61,292 bases of DNA from an uncultured virus (IMG/VR IMGVR_UViG_3300023109_000009). Taxonomy: Duplodnaviria > Heunggongvirae > Uroviricota > Caudoviricetes. Shown here piece after piece: positions 28,922 to 37,614 of this stretch (within the stretch, counting starts at the first letter, position 1; each line of letters starts with the position of its first letter). The notes beneath the pieces are model-generated. The model saw nothing but the letters and a program-made list of their open reading frames with translations. It searched no databases and had not been told where the DNA came from. The position numbers and the translations under genes are program-made. The stretch is from IMG/VR virus record IMGVR_UViG_3300023109_000009; one strand, given 5' to 3'.

Positions 28922-29545
28922 ATGAGCTTACCACACACATTTTTAGTTTTATCTGGTATTATGAATAAAGGACCACAAGTGGCTCCTCTATCACCATATC
29001 CCACTGGAACATATTCAGTCAAACAATATGCGATTGGTGTAAATTCTGATAGCTTTTACGTGTTCCAATCTTCCAGTACTGGTGCAGGCCTTGCCTCGTC
29101 CACCTCAAGTATAACATTTAAAATAGAAAAAACGGCCAACGGTGCAAAGATTTGGGCAAAGGCGAATAGTACATCGAATGAAGGAAGTGACGTTGGTAGC
29201 AGTGAAAGATATACACCTCAAGGTGGCACAGAAACATTATTTCCTGCTGAAGATACTTATATAGCAGTTTGGGAAGACACGAGTGGTGCAACGGTTACTG
29301 GGTATAGAATAGACGAGAATGGTAGCTCGGGTACTTGGGGATCGTTGTCTAATGTTGGTTCAGATTATGAACATGTCGTAGCTCAAACCTCCAGTTGGAA
29401 TGGAGCGGGTGGTAAAGGTAATAATTCTTCAAATACTCGTTATCATACATCAATTTGGATTAGAAGCGACGAATACGCTGATACTGAATTAGGCATAGGT
29501 TGGTCGGCAACCTTACGAACATTCGCGGAATCAACTCAAGGTTAA
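28922..29545 (+). CDS. Cassette 1 gene C: S/T/G-rich tip protein starting MSLPH
   Basis: AGGA SD; N-terminus like that of 31484 (MPLPH); body similar to the middle of 29975. Confidence 0.55.
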   Translation: MSLPHTFLVLSGIMNKGPQVAPLSPYPTGTYSVKQYAIGVNSDSFYVFQSSSTGAGLASSTSSITFKIEKTANGAKIWAKANSTSNEGSDVGSSERYTPQGGTETLFPAEDTYIAVWEDTSGATVTGYRIDENGSSGTWGSLSNVGSDYEHVVAQTSSWNGAGGKGNNSSNTRYHTSIWIRSDEYADTELGIGWSATLRTFAESTQG

Positions 29546-29562
29546 TAAATAAAAAAGATAGT

Positions 29563-29593
29563 GCTAATAGTCCAAGGAGACGAAGATGGCAAT
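29563..29593 (+). repeat. 31-bp direct repeat copy 2 (leader of cassette 2)
   Basis: Identical to 26877-26907; preceded by AATAAATA late-promoter-like motif. Confidence 0.95.
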
Positions 29594-29963
29594 AAAGGTA
29601 AGTTCAACAACAGTAATCGATGATTCTCGAGTACTTCAATCTATCGCTGGTGCGTCTGGTACATATACAAGTTTCTACCCAAGCATAACAGCAATAAGTA
29701 CTGTAATCAACATGACAAAGCCAGTCATGTCTTGCACACTGACCTCCAATGTAACTTTTAGTTCAAGTAATAGAGACCAAGGCAGAAACAGTGTTCTCGT
29801 TTTGGATACAAATACGTCTGGTTTCACCCCCACATTTCCTTCAGAGATAACGTGGGCTAATGACACGACTCCTACCTGGTCTGATAATAGATATTGGCAC
29901 ATAGCCATGTGGTGTTGGAACTCGACCGATATAAGGGCTGCAGCTGTTGGCTATAATAGCTAG
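29586..29963 (+). CDS. Cassette 2 gene A: stand-alone shared domain
   Basis: MAIKVS.TTVIDDSR...WANDTTPTWSDNRYW...IRAAAVGY; aligns with the N-terminal part of 26900. Confidence 0.65.
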   Translation: MAIKVSSTTVIDDSRVLQSIAGASGTYTSFYPSITAISTVINMTKPVMSCTLTSNVTFSSSNRDQGRNSVLVLDTNTSGFTPTFPSEITWANDTTPTWSDNRYWHIAMWCWNSTDIRAAAVGYNS

Positions 29964-29974
29964 GGAATACAATC

Positions 29975-31474
29975 ATGTCAATTAAAGTAGCATCAACAAG
30001 GGTCATAGGCACATACTTCAGCACTGGGTATCTTGAAAATATAACAGATACAATCAATAGCACTTACGGTAGATCTACGAATGATGCTTGGATAAGTAAG
30101 ACCCAAACACAAACGTCAATCGGCGGCACTGAGATCGCCATTTCATTTGGCCGAGCGGGAATCTGGTTTGGGTCGTCCAGTCTTTGCGCAGCTGGTTCTC
30201 TATTTCTCATGAGCTCAAATCAGGGTTTGTATTATGCAAGTGGTGATGCCAACCCAGGCGAGACATCAAATATATTAATCGACCGTTCTGGTAGTGAGCA
30301 TCAATTATCATTTGTCAGTGGTGGCTCCGGTAAAATGACCATTTATTGGGAAGATGGTGCTGAACCTTCTTGGAATGACTGGAGATATTGGCACGTATTT
30401 GGAGTAGCGATTGATAGTAATAATATTAGGTGTACTGCAATACCTTGGGTATCGACGGCTGCAACATATCCGGCCGGAACGTTTGCTGGTCGACAATCCA
30501 GTGCTGGTAATGTAGCATATATTTTTGACTCCGCTTCGACTGGATCCGGCACGGCCTCCGCTTCGGCAACCGGAGCCACATTCATCCAGCATTCTGGTAG
30601 TACAACGACAGTCAAAATTTACAAATCAGGCTCTCCCAATACTGCTACTTGGTATAATACATCAGGCTCGGGTGCAACACTCAATACATCATCCTCCCCA
30701 ACGACTATTTGGACTAGCCCTAGTGTCACACCTACTGCAGTTAAATGTATAAAAAAGGAGACTGGACAACCTGATATAGATTCGGGTTGGATCACGGCAA
30801 CAACTGGAGTCACCACGAGCTTTGGGGCTTCTGAAAGTGTTAACGGTAGCGGTGGAAGTATTAGTGGTACCGAGACGAAAATTCACACGCTGGAATTTTA
30901 CGTCAGGGCTTCTGGATATGCTGATGCTCTTGTTGCAACATTTCAAACACAATGCATCGCTACAGCTTCGGCCTCATGTTTCTTGGGTGATTCTTTATTG
31001 ACGATGGTAGATGTGTCTGGCAATTTCTTGGAAAAAGTGACTTTAGAAAGTGCTCATACAGCTTATCATGCAGATACAGATACACCAAAATATGTAAAAG
31101 GGCAAGATGGGGTTACCAATAGAATATTAGAATTTCGTAAAAATGATGTTCACTGTCCTATATTTGGATTTAATGGTAATGATAGCTTTGTTACCGGTGC
31201 ACACCCCTTCTTAACTACTACTGGTTGGAAGTGTATTCATGGTCTCGTTGGTAATGAGCAACATCCTAATTTAAACATAACAGACCTCGAGGTTGGAGAT
31301 ATACTCGTAAAATATAATTCAGACACGGGAGAATATTACGAAGAAGAATTGACATCTATTGCCATGGACAGAATGCCGGCAGTGGTTTATTCTTTGGACG
31401 TGACGGGCCCCGATTCAGATACCGATGGTAATGACACATATATCGTCGATGATTATGTTGTACACAACAAGTAA
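29975..31474 (+). CDS. Cassette 2 gene B: appendage protein with C-terminal Hint (intein-like) autoprocessing domain
   Basis: Shared N-domain (WEDGAEPSWNDWRYW); Hint starts SC335FLGDS, block B TGAHPF, ends VYSLDV...TYIVDDYVVHNK. Confidence 0.8.
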   Translation: MSIKVASTRVIGTYFSTGYLENITDTINSTYGRSTNDAWISKTQTQTSIGGTEIAISFGRAGIWFGSSSLCAAGSLFLMSSNQGLYYASGDANPGETSNILIDRSGSEHQLSFVSGGSGKMTIYWEDGAEPSWNDWRYWHVFGVAIDSNNIRCTAIPWVSTAATYPAGTFAGRQSSAGNVAYIFDSASTGSGTASASATGATFIQHSGSTTTVKIYKSGSPNTATWYNTSGSGATLNTSSSPTTIWTSPSVTPTAVKCIKKETGQPDIDSGWITATTGVTTSFGASESVNGSGGSISGTETKIHTLEFYVRASGYADALVATFQTQCIATASASCFLGDSLLTMVDVSGNFLEKVTLESAHTAYHADTDTPKYVKGQDGVTNRILEFRKNDVHCPIFGFNGNDSFVTGAHPFLTTTGWKCIHGLVGNEQHPNLNITDLEVGDILVKYNSDTGEYYEEELTSIAMDRMPAVVYSLDVTGPDSDTDGNDTYIVDDYVVHNK

Positions 31475-31483
31475 GGAATTATA

Positions 31484-34147
31484 ATGCCATTACCACATTC
31501 ACACGGATACGGACCCATTGGTGCTGGACATGCCACGGGTGGTGCTGCTCCTGTCTCACCACCAGTTTCGCCACCTGCAACCGGATCGATTCTTAGTATT
31601 ACACCGACGGCTTCTAGTTACAATGAAGGCGGTACAGCCGTATTCAATATTACAACATCAAATATGCCAAACGGCACGACACTCAGTTATCAAATAGTTA
31701 TTGGTGGTAATTCATATCCTGCAGCGGCTCTTGGTGATTTTGATACGTCAACGAACCCGACTAGTGGAACCGTAACAATCAATAATAATGCAGGCCAATT
31801 TAGTTTTGACATTGATTCAGACCTAACGACAGAAGGAATAGAAGAGTTTAGAGCCTCGGTGACGTATTCGGCTACTTTGCAAACTGCAACATCTTCTTAT
31901 GTTTCGATTTCCGATACCTCGACCACCCCGGTAGTACCTGCAATCACATCAGTGGTGGGACCTTCTTCTATTCTCGAAGGTACAAGTGGAACAATAACTG
32001 TAAATACTGCAAATATACCAAACGGTACTTCATTAAACTGGGCAATCACCCATAACGAATTGGGGTTGGGACCTGTATCATCTTCTGGTGAATATTCTGC
32101 GACATCGGGTACTGTCACAATCAACAGCAACACTGGATCATTCACAATATCACCGACTGATGACGCTACAAGCGAATCGAATGAATATGCATTTGTTACT
32201 GTGAGCGGAACTGTATCTGGTACTGCTGTTTCTGACGATTCAAATGACATCGATATTATTGATGCCGCTCAGCCTTCCATCACTAGTGTAGCTAGAGGTG
32301 ATACATCAATAGAGGAAGGTAATTCAACCACATTCACCGTCAATACAGCAAATATATCAAACGGAACTTCATTGAATTGGTCTATTAACAATGTAAGTTC
32401 AGAGAATGCTGATTTCACCTCAACGTCGGGTACTGTTACAATTAATAGTAATAGTGGTACGGTAACTATAGGAACGGTGGCAGATACCGATGTTACGGAA
32501 GGCGATGAGACATTTAAGTTAGATGTTTCCGGTACTGTATCTGGCACTGCTGTTTCTGGCTCGAGTGCTAACGTTACAATCGTAGATAAGACTCCACAAA
32601 TTACAGGTATCACTGGTCAGACAAGCATCACAGAGGCAGGTGCCGGTAATTACTTTACCTATACTGTTACTACAGCAAATATTGCCGACGGTACAACTCT
32701 TTATTATGATGTGAATCACATTAGTACAGCCGCAGCAGATTTTGCTAGCTCTGTTTCCAATGTGGCATTTACAATTAATAGCAATACTGGGTCAATTCTG
32801 ATTGATATTGACGCAGATGAAGTCACAGAAGGTAACCAGACATTCACACTTACAGCATCTGGTACTGTCGCACACCCAAATGACGGTTCGGTGAATACAA
32901 ATGTGACGAAGACCACTTCAACCATTACCATCACTGATACTTCTACGACACCAGGCCTCAGTATTTCAACAACACCGGTTCAAGGTAACGAGACTAATTT
33001 CAACTCAATGACTTGGACAATAACAGCAGCTGGTTTCGATAACGGTGAGACTATCAATTGGGTGGTCAATCATGGCAGCACTCAAGCAGCAGATTTTACT
33101 GCGACTTCTGGCTCAACCACATTAAGCGGCACCACGTGCCAGATAACAATCGAAGCTGTAGAGGACTTTATTACAGAGAGTGCCGAAACATTTACCTTTA
33201 CAGTATCAGGTGATAGTGCCGGTGGTACTACTGTGAGCGCAACATCACATACAGTTACAATATACAGTACCTCACAGACACCCTCTATCAGCTCTGTGAG
33301 TGGACCTTCATCTATTGATGAGAGCGCAAGTGGTAATTTCACTGTTACTTGTGTTAACGTACCCAATGGTACTGTATTAAACTGGCAAACTGTTCATGTT
33401 GACACAGTAGCAGCAGATTTTCCTTCGAACAGCGGTACTGTTACAATTAATAGTAATACTGGCACCGTAACAATAAGTCCTACAGCTGATGCAACCACCG
33501 AAGGAGCTGAGGATTTTAAGGTGAGAGTATCTGGTACTGCTGGCCCCAATAGTGTCGCCGTTACAAAAGACTCGGGAGCATGTACCGTAAATGATACTTC
33601 GGTGGCCACCGCGACTATGGATAGTTCATTTTCAATTACCGGTGGTTCTCAAACTGAAGACGGTCCTGCAGGTGGATTTACTGAGGCATTTATTCGCTAT
33701 AGGATATCACACGATACTACTAATAATAGAATTAAAGTAGAATCGGGTAGGGGTGGTTCCACGACACAAGCAGTACTTATTAATAGCTACATAGACTATT
33801 CAGGATTGAGTAATATCACTAGTGTCGATGTGAAATATACAGTAAATGGACAATCTTGTAATGGTACCTGTTATGTAGGCGCATGGGGTCCGACACCGCC
33901 AAATGATGGCTTAAATACCGGAACCTATTATTCCGTGCCGAGTACTGCCGGCCAGAGTAGATTAATCGGATGGCTGGCAAAGTCTAATCCCAATCTACCG
34001 AGCACCAGTACAACTAATGTGGGTGCCTCTGGCCTTGTGATGACTGTTAGAGTAATTGATTCTGTTGAAGGCACATTCACCGCGACCTCTAATAGTACAA
34101 ATATTACCTTACAATCCATTGAATACAATGGCCAGATACTGGAATAA
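31484..34147 (+). CDS. Cassette 2 gene C: multi Ig-like (Calx-beta-like) repeat protein with variable tip
   Basis: About 6 repeats of EG....F.V.T.N..NGT.L.W......ADF...SGTVTINSNTG...D..TEG.E.F; starts MPLPH. Confidence 0.7.
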   Translation: MPLPHSHGYGPIGAGHATGGAAPVSPPVSPPATGSILSITPTASSYNEGGTAVFNITTSNMPNGTTLSYQIVIGGNSYPAAALGDFDTSTNPTSGTVTINNNAGQFSFDIDSDLTTEGIEEFRASVTYSATLQTATSSYVSISDTSTTPVVPAITSVVGPSSILEGTSGTITVNTANIPNGTSLNWAITHNELGLGPVSSSGEYSATSGTVTINSNTGSFTISPTDDATSESNEYAFVTVSGTVSGTAVSDDSNDIDIIDAAQPSITSVARGDTSIEEGNSTTFTVNTANISNGTSLNWSINNVSSENADFTSTSGTVTINSNSGTVTIGTVADTDVTEGDETFKLDVSGTVSGTAVSGSSANVTIVDKTPQITGITGQTSITEAGAGNYFTYTVTTANIADGTTLYYDVNHISTAAADFASSVSNVAFTINSNTGSILIDIDADEVTEGNQTFTLTASGTVAHPNDGSVNTNVTKTTSTITITDTSTTPGLSISTTPVQGNETNFNSMTWTITAAGFDNGETINWVVNHGSTQAADFTATSGSTTLSGTTCQITIEAVEDFITESAETFTFTVSGDSAGGTTVSATSHTVTIYSTSQTPSISSVSGPSSIDESASGNFTVTCVNVPNGTVLNWQTVHVDTVAADFPSNSGTVTINSNTGTVTISPTADATTEGAEDFKVRVSGTAGPNSVAVTKDSGACTVNDTSVATATMDSSFSITGGSQTEDGPAGGFTEAFIRYRISHDTTNNRIKVESGRGGSTTQAVLINSYIDYSGLSNITSVDVKYTVNGQSCNGTCYVGAWGPTPPNDGLNTGTYYSVPSTAGQSRLIGWLAKSNPNLPSTSTTNVGASGLVMTVRVIDSVEGTFTATSNSTNITLQSIEYNGQILE

Positions 34148-34152
34148 CAATT

Positions 34153-34422
34153 ATGGCAAATGTAATAAACACACGAATTATTAGACTTCACTGTAAATCT
34201 TATGAAGGTGATGTTCACGGATTTGATTCATATCAAAATGTCAAAGTATGGGACGCAGAGTCTAATAATGATTTTGAAGAAAATTTCTTATTAGAGCATT
34301 ATAGGGAAACGTATCCGGATCTCATTGTGACCATCGAAGATAAAGATTTCAGGCCATACGAATATAACGAGACCTCAGATCATACAGTTCTTGACCTAGT
34401 ATATGCCCCGTTTACCGACTAA
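34153..34422 (+). CDS. Hypothetical acidic protein (possible chaperone)
   Basis: 89-aa ORF directly after cassette 2. Confidence 0.5.
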   Translation: MANVINTRIIRLHCKSYEGDVHGFDSYQNVKVWDAESNNDFEENFLLEHYRETYPDLIVTIEDKDFRPYEYNETSDHTVLDLVYAPFTD

Positions 34423-34430
34423 TATAAATA
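34423..34430 (+). promoter_or_regulatory. T4-type late promoter TATAAATA
   Basis: Exact motif upstream of gp13. Confidence 0.8.
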
Positions 34431-34462
34431 TAAAGATTAACATTTTCGAATAGAGAAAAGAC

Positions 34463-35206
34463 ATGGCTCAACCAACATCAAGACAAGATTTCATAGATTA
34501 TATTCTAAGAAAACTCGGTGCGCCGGTAATTGACATTAATGTAGCCGAAGAGCAAGTAGAAGACCGAGTCGACGAGGCTATTTCTTACTGGCGTGATTAT
34601 CATTACAATGGAAGCCAACTCATTTATCTTAAGCATCAAATTACAGAGGATGATAAGACAAACAAATACATTACCCTTCCGCAAGGTTTGTTGGGTATTT
34701 CAAAGATATTTGATTTATCGTCTTCAATTTCAAGTGGTGCTGGTATGTTTAATGCTCAGTATCAATTTGTGCTGAATAATCTGGACTCAATCACCGGGTA
34801 TAATGTACAGCATTATTACATGACAATGCAACACTTAGAATTCCTGCAAGAAATCCTTGTAGGGAGACCATTGATTCGATACAATAAGCACGTAAATAGA
34901 CTTTATGTGGATATCGATCAGGATACTTTGGTCGTAGGTGATTATATTGTCATTGAAGCGTACGATGTGATTGATCCCAATTCATTTCCAGATGTTTGGG
35001 GTGATCGATGGCTCCAAAATTATGCGGCAGCTCTCGTAAGAGAACAATGGGGTCTTAATCTCACTAAATTCTCAGGCATGCAGCTTGTGGGTGGAGTATC
35101 TTTCAACGGAGAACAAATTCTGGCCGAGGCAAGGGAAGACAGACAAAGAATGGAAGAAGAGGCAACAACAAGCCTCCAACCTCTGACCTATAACTTTATT
35201 GGATAA
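34463..35206 (+). CDS. 13: Neck protein gp13
   Basis: YILRKLGAPVIDINV...QWGLNLTKFSGMQLVGGV; T4 synteny. Confidence 0.92.
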   Translation: MAQPTSRQDFIDYILRKLGAPVIDINVAEEQVEDRVDEAISYWRDYHYNGSQLIYLKHQITEDDKTNKYITLPQGLLGISKIFDLSSSISSGAGMFNAQYQFVLNNLDSITGYNVQHYYMTMQHLEFLQEILVGRPLIRYNKHVNRLYVDIDQDTLVVGDYIVIEAYDVIDPNSFPDVWGDRWLQNYAAALVREQWGLNLTKFSGMQLVGGVSFNGEQILAEAREDRQRMEEEATTSLQPLTYNFIG

Positions 35207-35209
35207 ATC

Positions 35210-35908
35210 ATGGCCACTAATGTATTCTTTCGAAACTATGATAACTTCAACGAACAAAATTTAATCGATGACCTTGTAATTGAATCAATTAAAATGTATG
35301 GTGTTGATGTTATATACATTAGCAGAACAATTGGTTCACGCGATAGTGTATTCAACGAAGACGATACCCCAATCTATGACCAGACTTTTGAATTCGAATC
35401 CTATGTGAAAAATGTAGAAGGGTTTGAAGGCGAAGGCGACTTCTTATCTAAGTTTGGTCTGCAGATTCGTGACCAAATGACTCTCACTGTTGCCAATCGC
35501 ACATTCGAAAAATATGTTACTCGTGAAGAAAATACAATAGTAAAACCTAGAGAGGGTGATTTATTATTCTTCCCACTCAATAGCAAGATATTTGAGATTA
35601 AAAATGTTGAGCATGAAAGTGTCTTTTATCAGACCGGAGGTCTTCAAGTCTTTGATATGGTCTGTGAACTAATCGAATACAGCAATCAGATACTTAGAAC
35701 CGGCCGTGATAATATTGATGCATATTTTGATGACATCACAACAGATACATATACTGCGATGGGTGCTAATAATGCCTCAACACTAGTTGGGCTTGCTAAT
35801 ACAGATCCAATTGCGAGAAACATCTTCTATGAAAGAGAAGGTGACTCAATTATCGACTTTACCGAAATAGATCCATTCAGTGAAGTAATAGAGATACAGG
35901 ATTCTTAA
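35210..35908 (+). CDS. 14: Neck protein gp14
   Basis: EQNLIDDLVIESIKMYG...GFEGEGDFLSKFGLQIRD...PREGDLLFFP...DPF. Confidence 0.92.
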   Translation: MATNVFFRNYDNFNEQNLIDDLVIESIKMYGVDVIYISRTIGSRDSVFNEDDTPIYDQTFEFESYVKNVEGFEGEGDFLSKFGLQIRDQMTLTVANRTFEKYVTREENTIVKPREGDLLFFPLNSKIFEIKNVEHESVFYQTGGLQVFDMVCELIEYSNQILRTGRDNIDAYFDDITTDTYTAMGANNASTLVGLANTDPIARNIFYEREGDSIIDFTEIDPFSEVIEIQDS

Positions 35909-36721
35909 ATGGCAATTGCAAATTATTTTTATAACTCGACCACTCGTAAATATGTTGCGCTGTTCGGTACATATTTTAATCAGCTTACCATTGAAAGACA
36001 AAATCTTCAAGGTGCTGCAATACAGAGAATGGTCGTTCCTATTTCTTATGCTCCATTTCAAAAAATTCTCACACGATTAGAGCAGGATCCCGAGTTCGCC
36101 AAGAAGTCTGGTATCACATTACCCAGAATGTCGTTCGAGTTGACATCAATGTCATATGACGCAGACAGAAAAATTTCTCCAACTCGAAAGATTCGAAAAA
36201 CTGCAAAGGATGAAACAACAAACTCTCGTAATTTCATTTACGCTGGAACCCCATACAACCTAGATTTCTCGTTGTATATTATGGCTAAATATAATGAGGA
36301 TGCAGTGAAATTACTAGAGCAAATATTACCTTTCTTCAATCCAGAATTTACCAGTACAGTAAGATTGATTGATGATATCGAACCAATCGATGTACCATTG
36401 ATATTGAATAGTGTTGATACCGAAGAATTGTATGAAGCAGATTTTGCCGAAAGGCGGAGTATTCTTTACACTCTTAATTTTACTATGAAGTCTTGGTTCT
36501 TTGGACCAGAGAAAGAAAAGAAAGTTATTAAGTTTGTTGATGTTCGCGAATGGACCTCAATGGACCCACCCTCAGAGAATTATGATGGTCAGATTACAGT
36601 ACAGCCTGGTATGACATCAGAAGGAGTAGCTACCTCAGTATTAACAAATACGGTAGACTATAGCCTGATTGACTTTGACGATGATTGGGATTATGTTGTC
36701 GCGCGTGACGACGGTTCTTAA
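35909..36721 (+). CDS. 15: Tail sheath stabilizer/terminator gp15
   Basis: YFYNSTTRKYVALFGTYFN...VPISYAP...LPRMSFE...EQILPFFNP. Confidence 0.92.
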   Translation: MAIANYFYNSTTRKYVALFGTYFNQLTIERQNLQGAAIQRMVVPISYAPFQKILTRLEQDPEFAKKSGITLPRMSFELTSMSYDADRKISPTRKIRKTAKDETTNSRNFIYAGTPYNLDFSLYIMAKYNEDAVKLLEQILPFFNPEFTSTVRLIDDIEPIDVPLILNSVDTEELYEADFAERRSILYTLNFTMKSWFFGPEKEKKVIKFVDVREWTSMDPPSENYDGQITVQPGMTSEGVATSVLTNTVDYSLIDFDDDWDYVVARDDGS

Positions 36722-36740
36722 ATAATGGAGATTATATATT

Positions 36741-37175
36741 ATGAAAATAGGATTTACTTGTTCGACCTTTGATTTGTTACACGCAGGACATGTGCAAATG
36801 TTACGAGACGCAAAATCTCAATGCGATTATCTAATTTGTGGGCTTCAAGTAGACCCGTCATTGGATAGACTCGATAAGAACGCGCCCATTCAAACACTTG
36901 TCGAGCGATATACTCAGCTCAAGGCTGTTCAATATGTTGATGAAATTATCCCATATGAAACGGAACTCGATCTCAAAGATATTCTTGAAATGTATCACAT
37001 TGATGTCCGTGTTCTTGGCGATGAATATAGAAACTTGGAATTTACAGGCAAAGAAATTTGTCAGAGTAGAAATATTGATCTATACTTTAATAAAAGAGAT
37101 CACCGATTCTCAACAAGCGATTTGAGAAAACGAGTCTGCAGTAAAGAGATGAGAGACGATGGCGAAGAAAGATAA
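36741..37175 (+). CDS. Glycerol-3-phosphate cytidylyltransferase-like (TagD family)
   Basis: TCSTFDLLHAGH (HxGH), GLQVDP, YVDEIIPY, RDHRFSTSDLR. Confidence 0.85.
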   Translation: MKIGFTCSTFDLLHAGHVQMLRDAKSQCDYLICGLQVDPSLDRLDKNAPIQTLVERYTQLKAVQYVDEIIPYETELDLKDILEMYHIDVRVLGDEYRNLEFTGKEICQSRNIDLYFNKRDHRFSTSDLRKRVCSKEMRDDGEER

Positions 37176-37614
37176 GATAGCGGAAACACTAGGCATTAGA
37201 GACCTTGAAGAGGTCAATCCAGTGGTACCTGTACAAGAACCTGTACAAGAAATGCTCCCAGTAATTGACAGTGGTGATCAGTTACCTGCTGTCGTGACTC
37301 CAGAAGCAGAAGAAAACCTAAAAGATATTGAACTTGCAAAAAGAAACATTGAAAACATTATTAATTTAGGTGATGATTCCGTAAAGGAAATGGTAGAAAT
37401 TGCAAAACAGTCGGAATCACCACGAGCGTTTGAAGTCGTCTCTACCTTGATGAAAACATTGCTGGATGCAAACAAGGACTATGTTGAGATGTCCACCAAA
37501 AAGAGATATGCGAGAGAAGAGGCAAACCCTAGCAAGAATCAGGTGACAAATAATAATTTAATCGTATCGACAGCAGATCTACTCAAAATGCTAAAGGATG
37601 GATCTGATGATTAA
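37159..37614 (+). CDS. 16: Terminase small subunit gp16
   Basis: SESPRAFEVVSTLMK...VTNNNLIVSTADLLKML; directly upstream of gp17. Confidence 0.9.
   Translation: MAKKDKIAETLGIRDLEEVNPVVPVQEPVQEMLPVIDSGDQLPAVVTPEAEENLKDIELAKRNIENIINLGDDSVKEMVEIAKQSESPRAFEVVSTLMKTLLDANKDYVEMSTKKRYAREEANPSKNQVTNNNLIVSTADLLKMLKDGSDD

Noticed and set aside
29961..29975. Stop-codon readthrough or TAG recoding joining 29586 to 29975
   Set aside because: The genes are in different frames, and core genes read intact under the standard code
26900..34147. Diversity-generating retroelement or invertase shufflon behind the variable tips
   Set aside because: No reverse transcriptase, recombinase, adenine-specific TR/VR pair or inverted crossover sites seen in this window
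3027..34218. Many minus-strand ORFs of 60-150 aa over the fibre genes
   Set aside because: Antisense shadows of T/G/D-rich coding frames; no RBS or recognisable motifs
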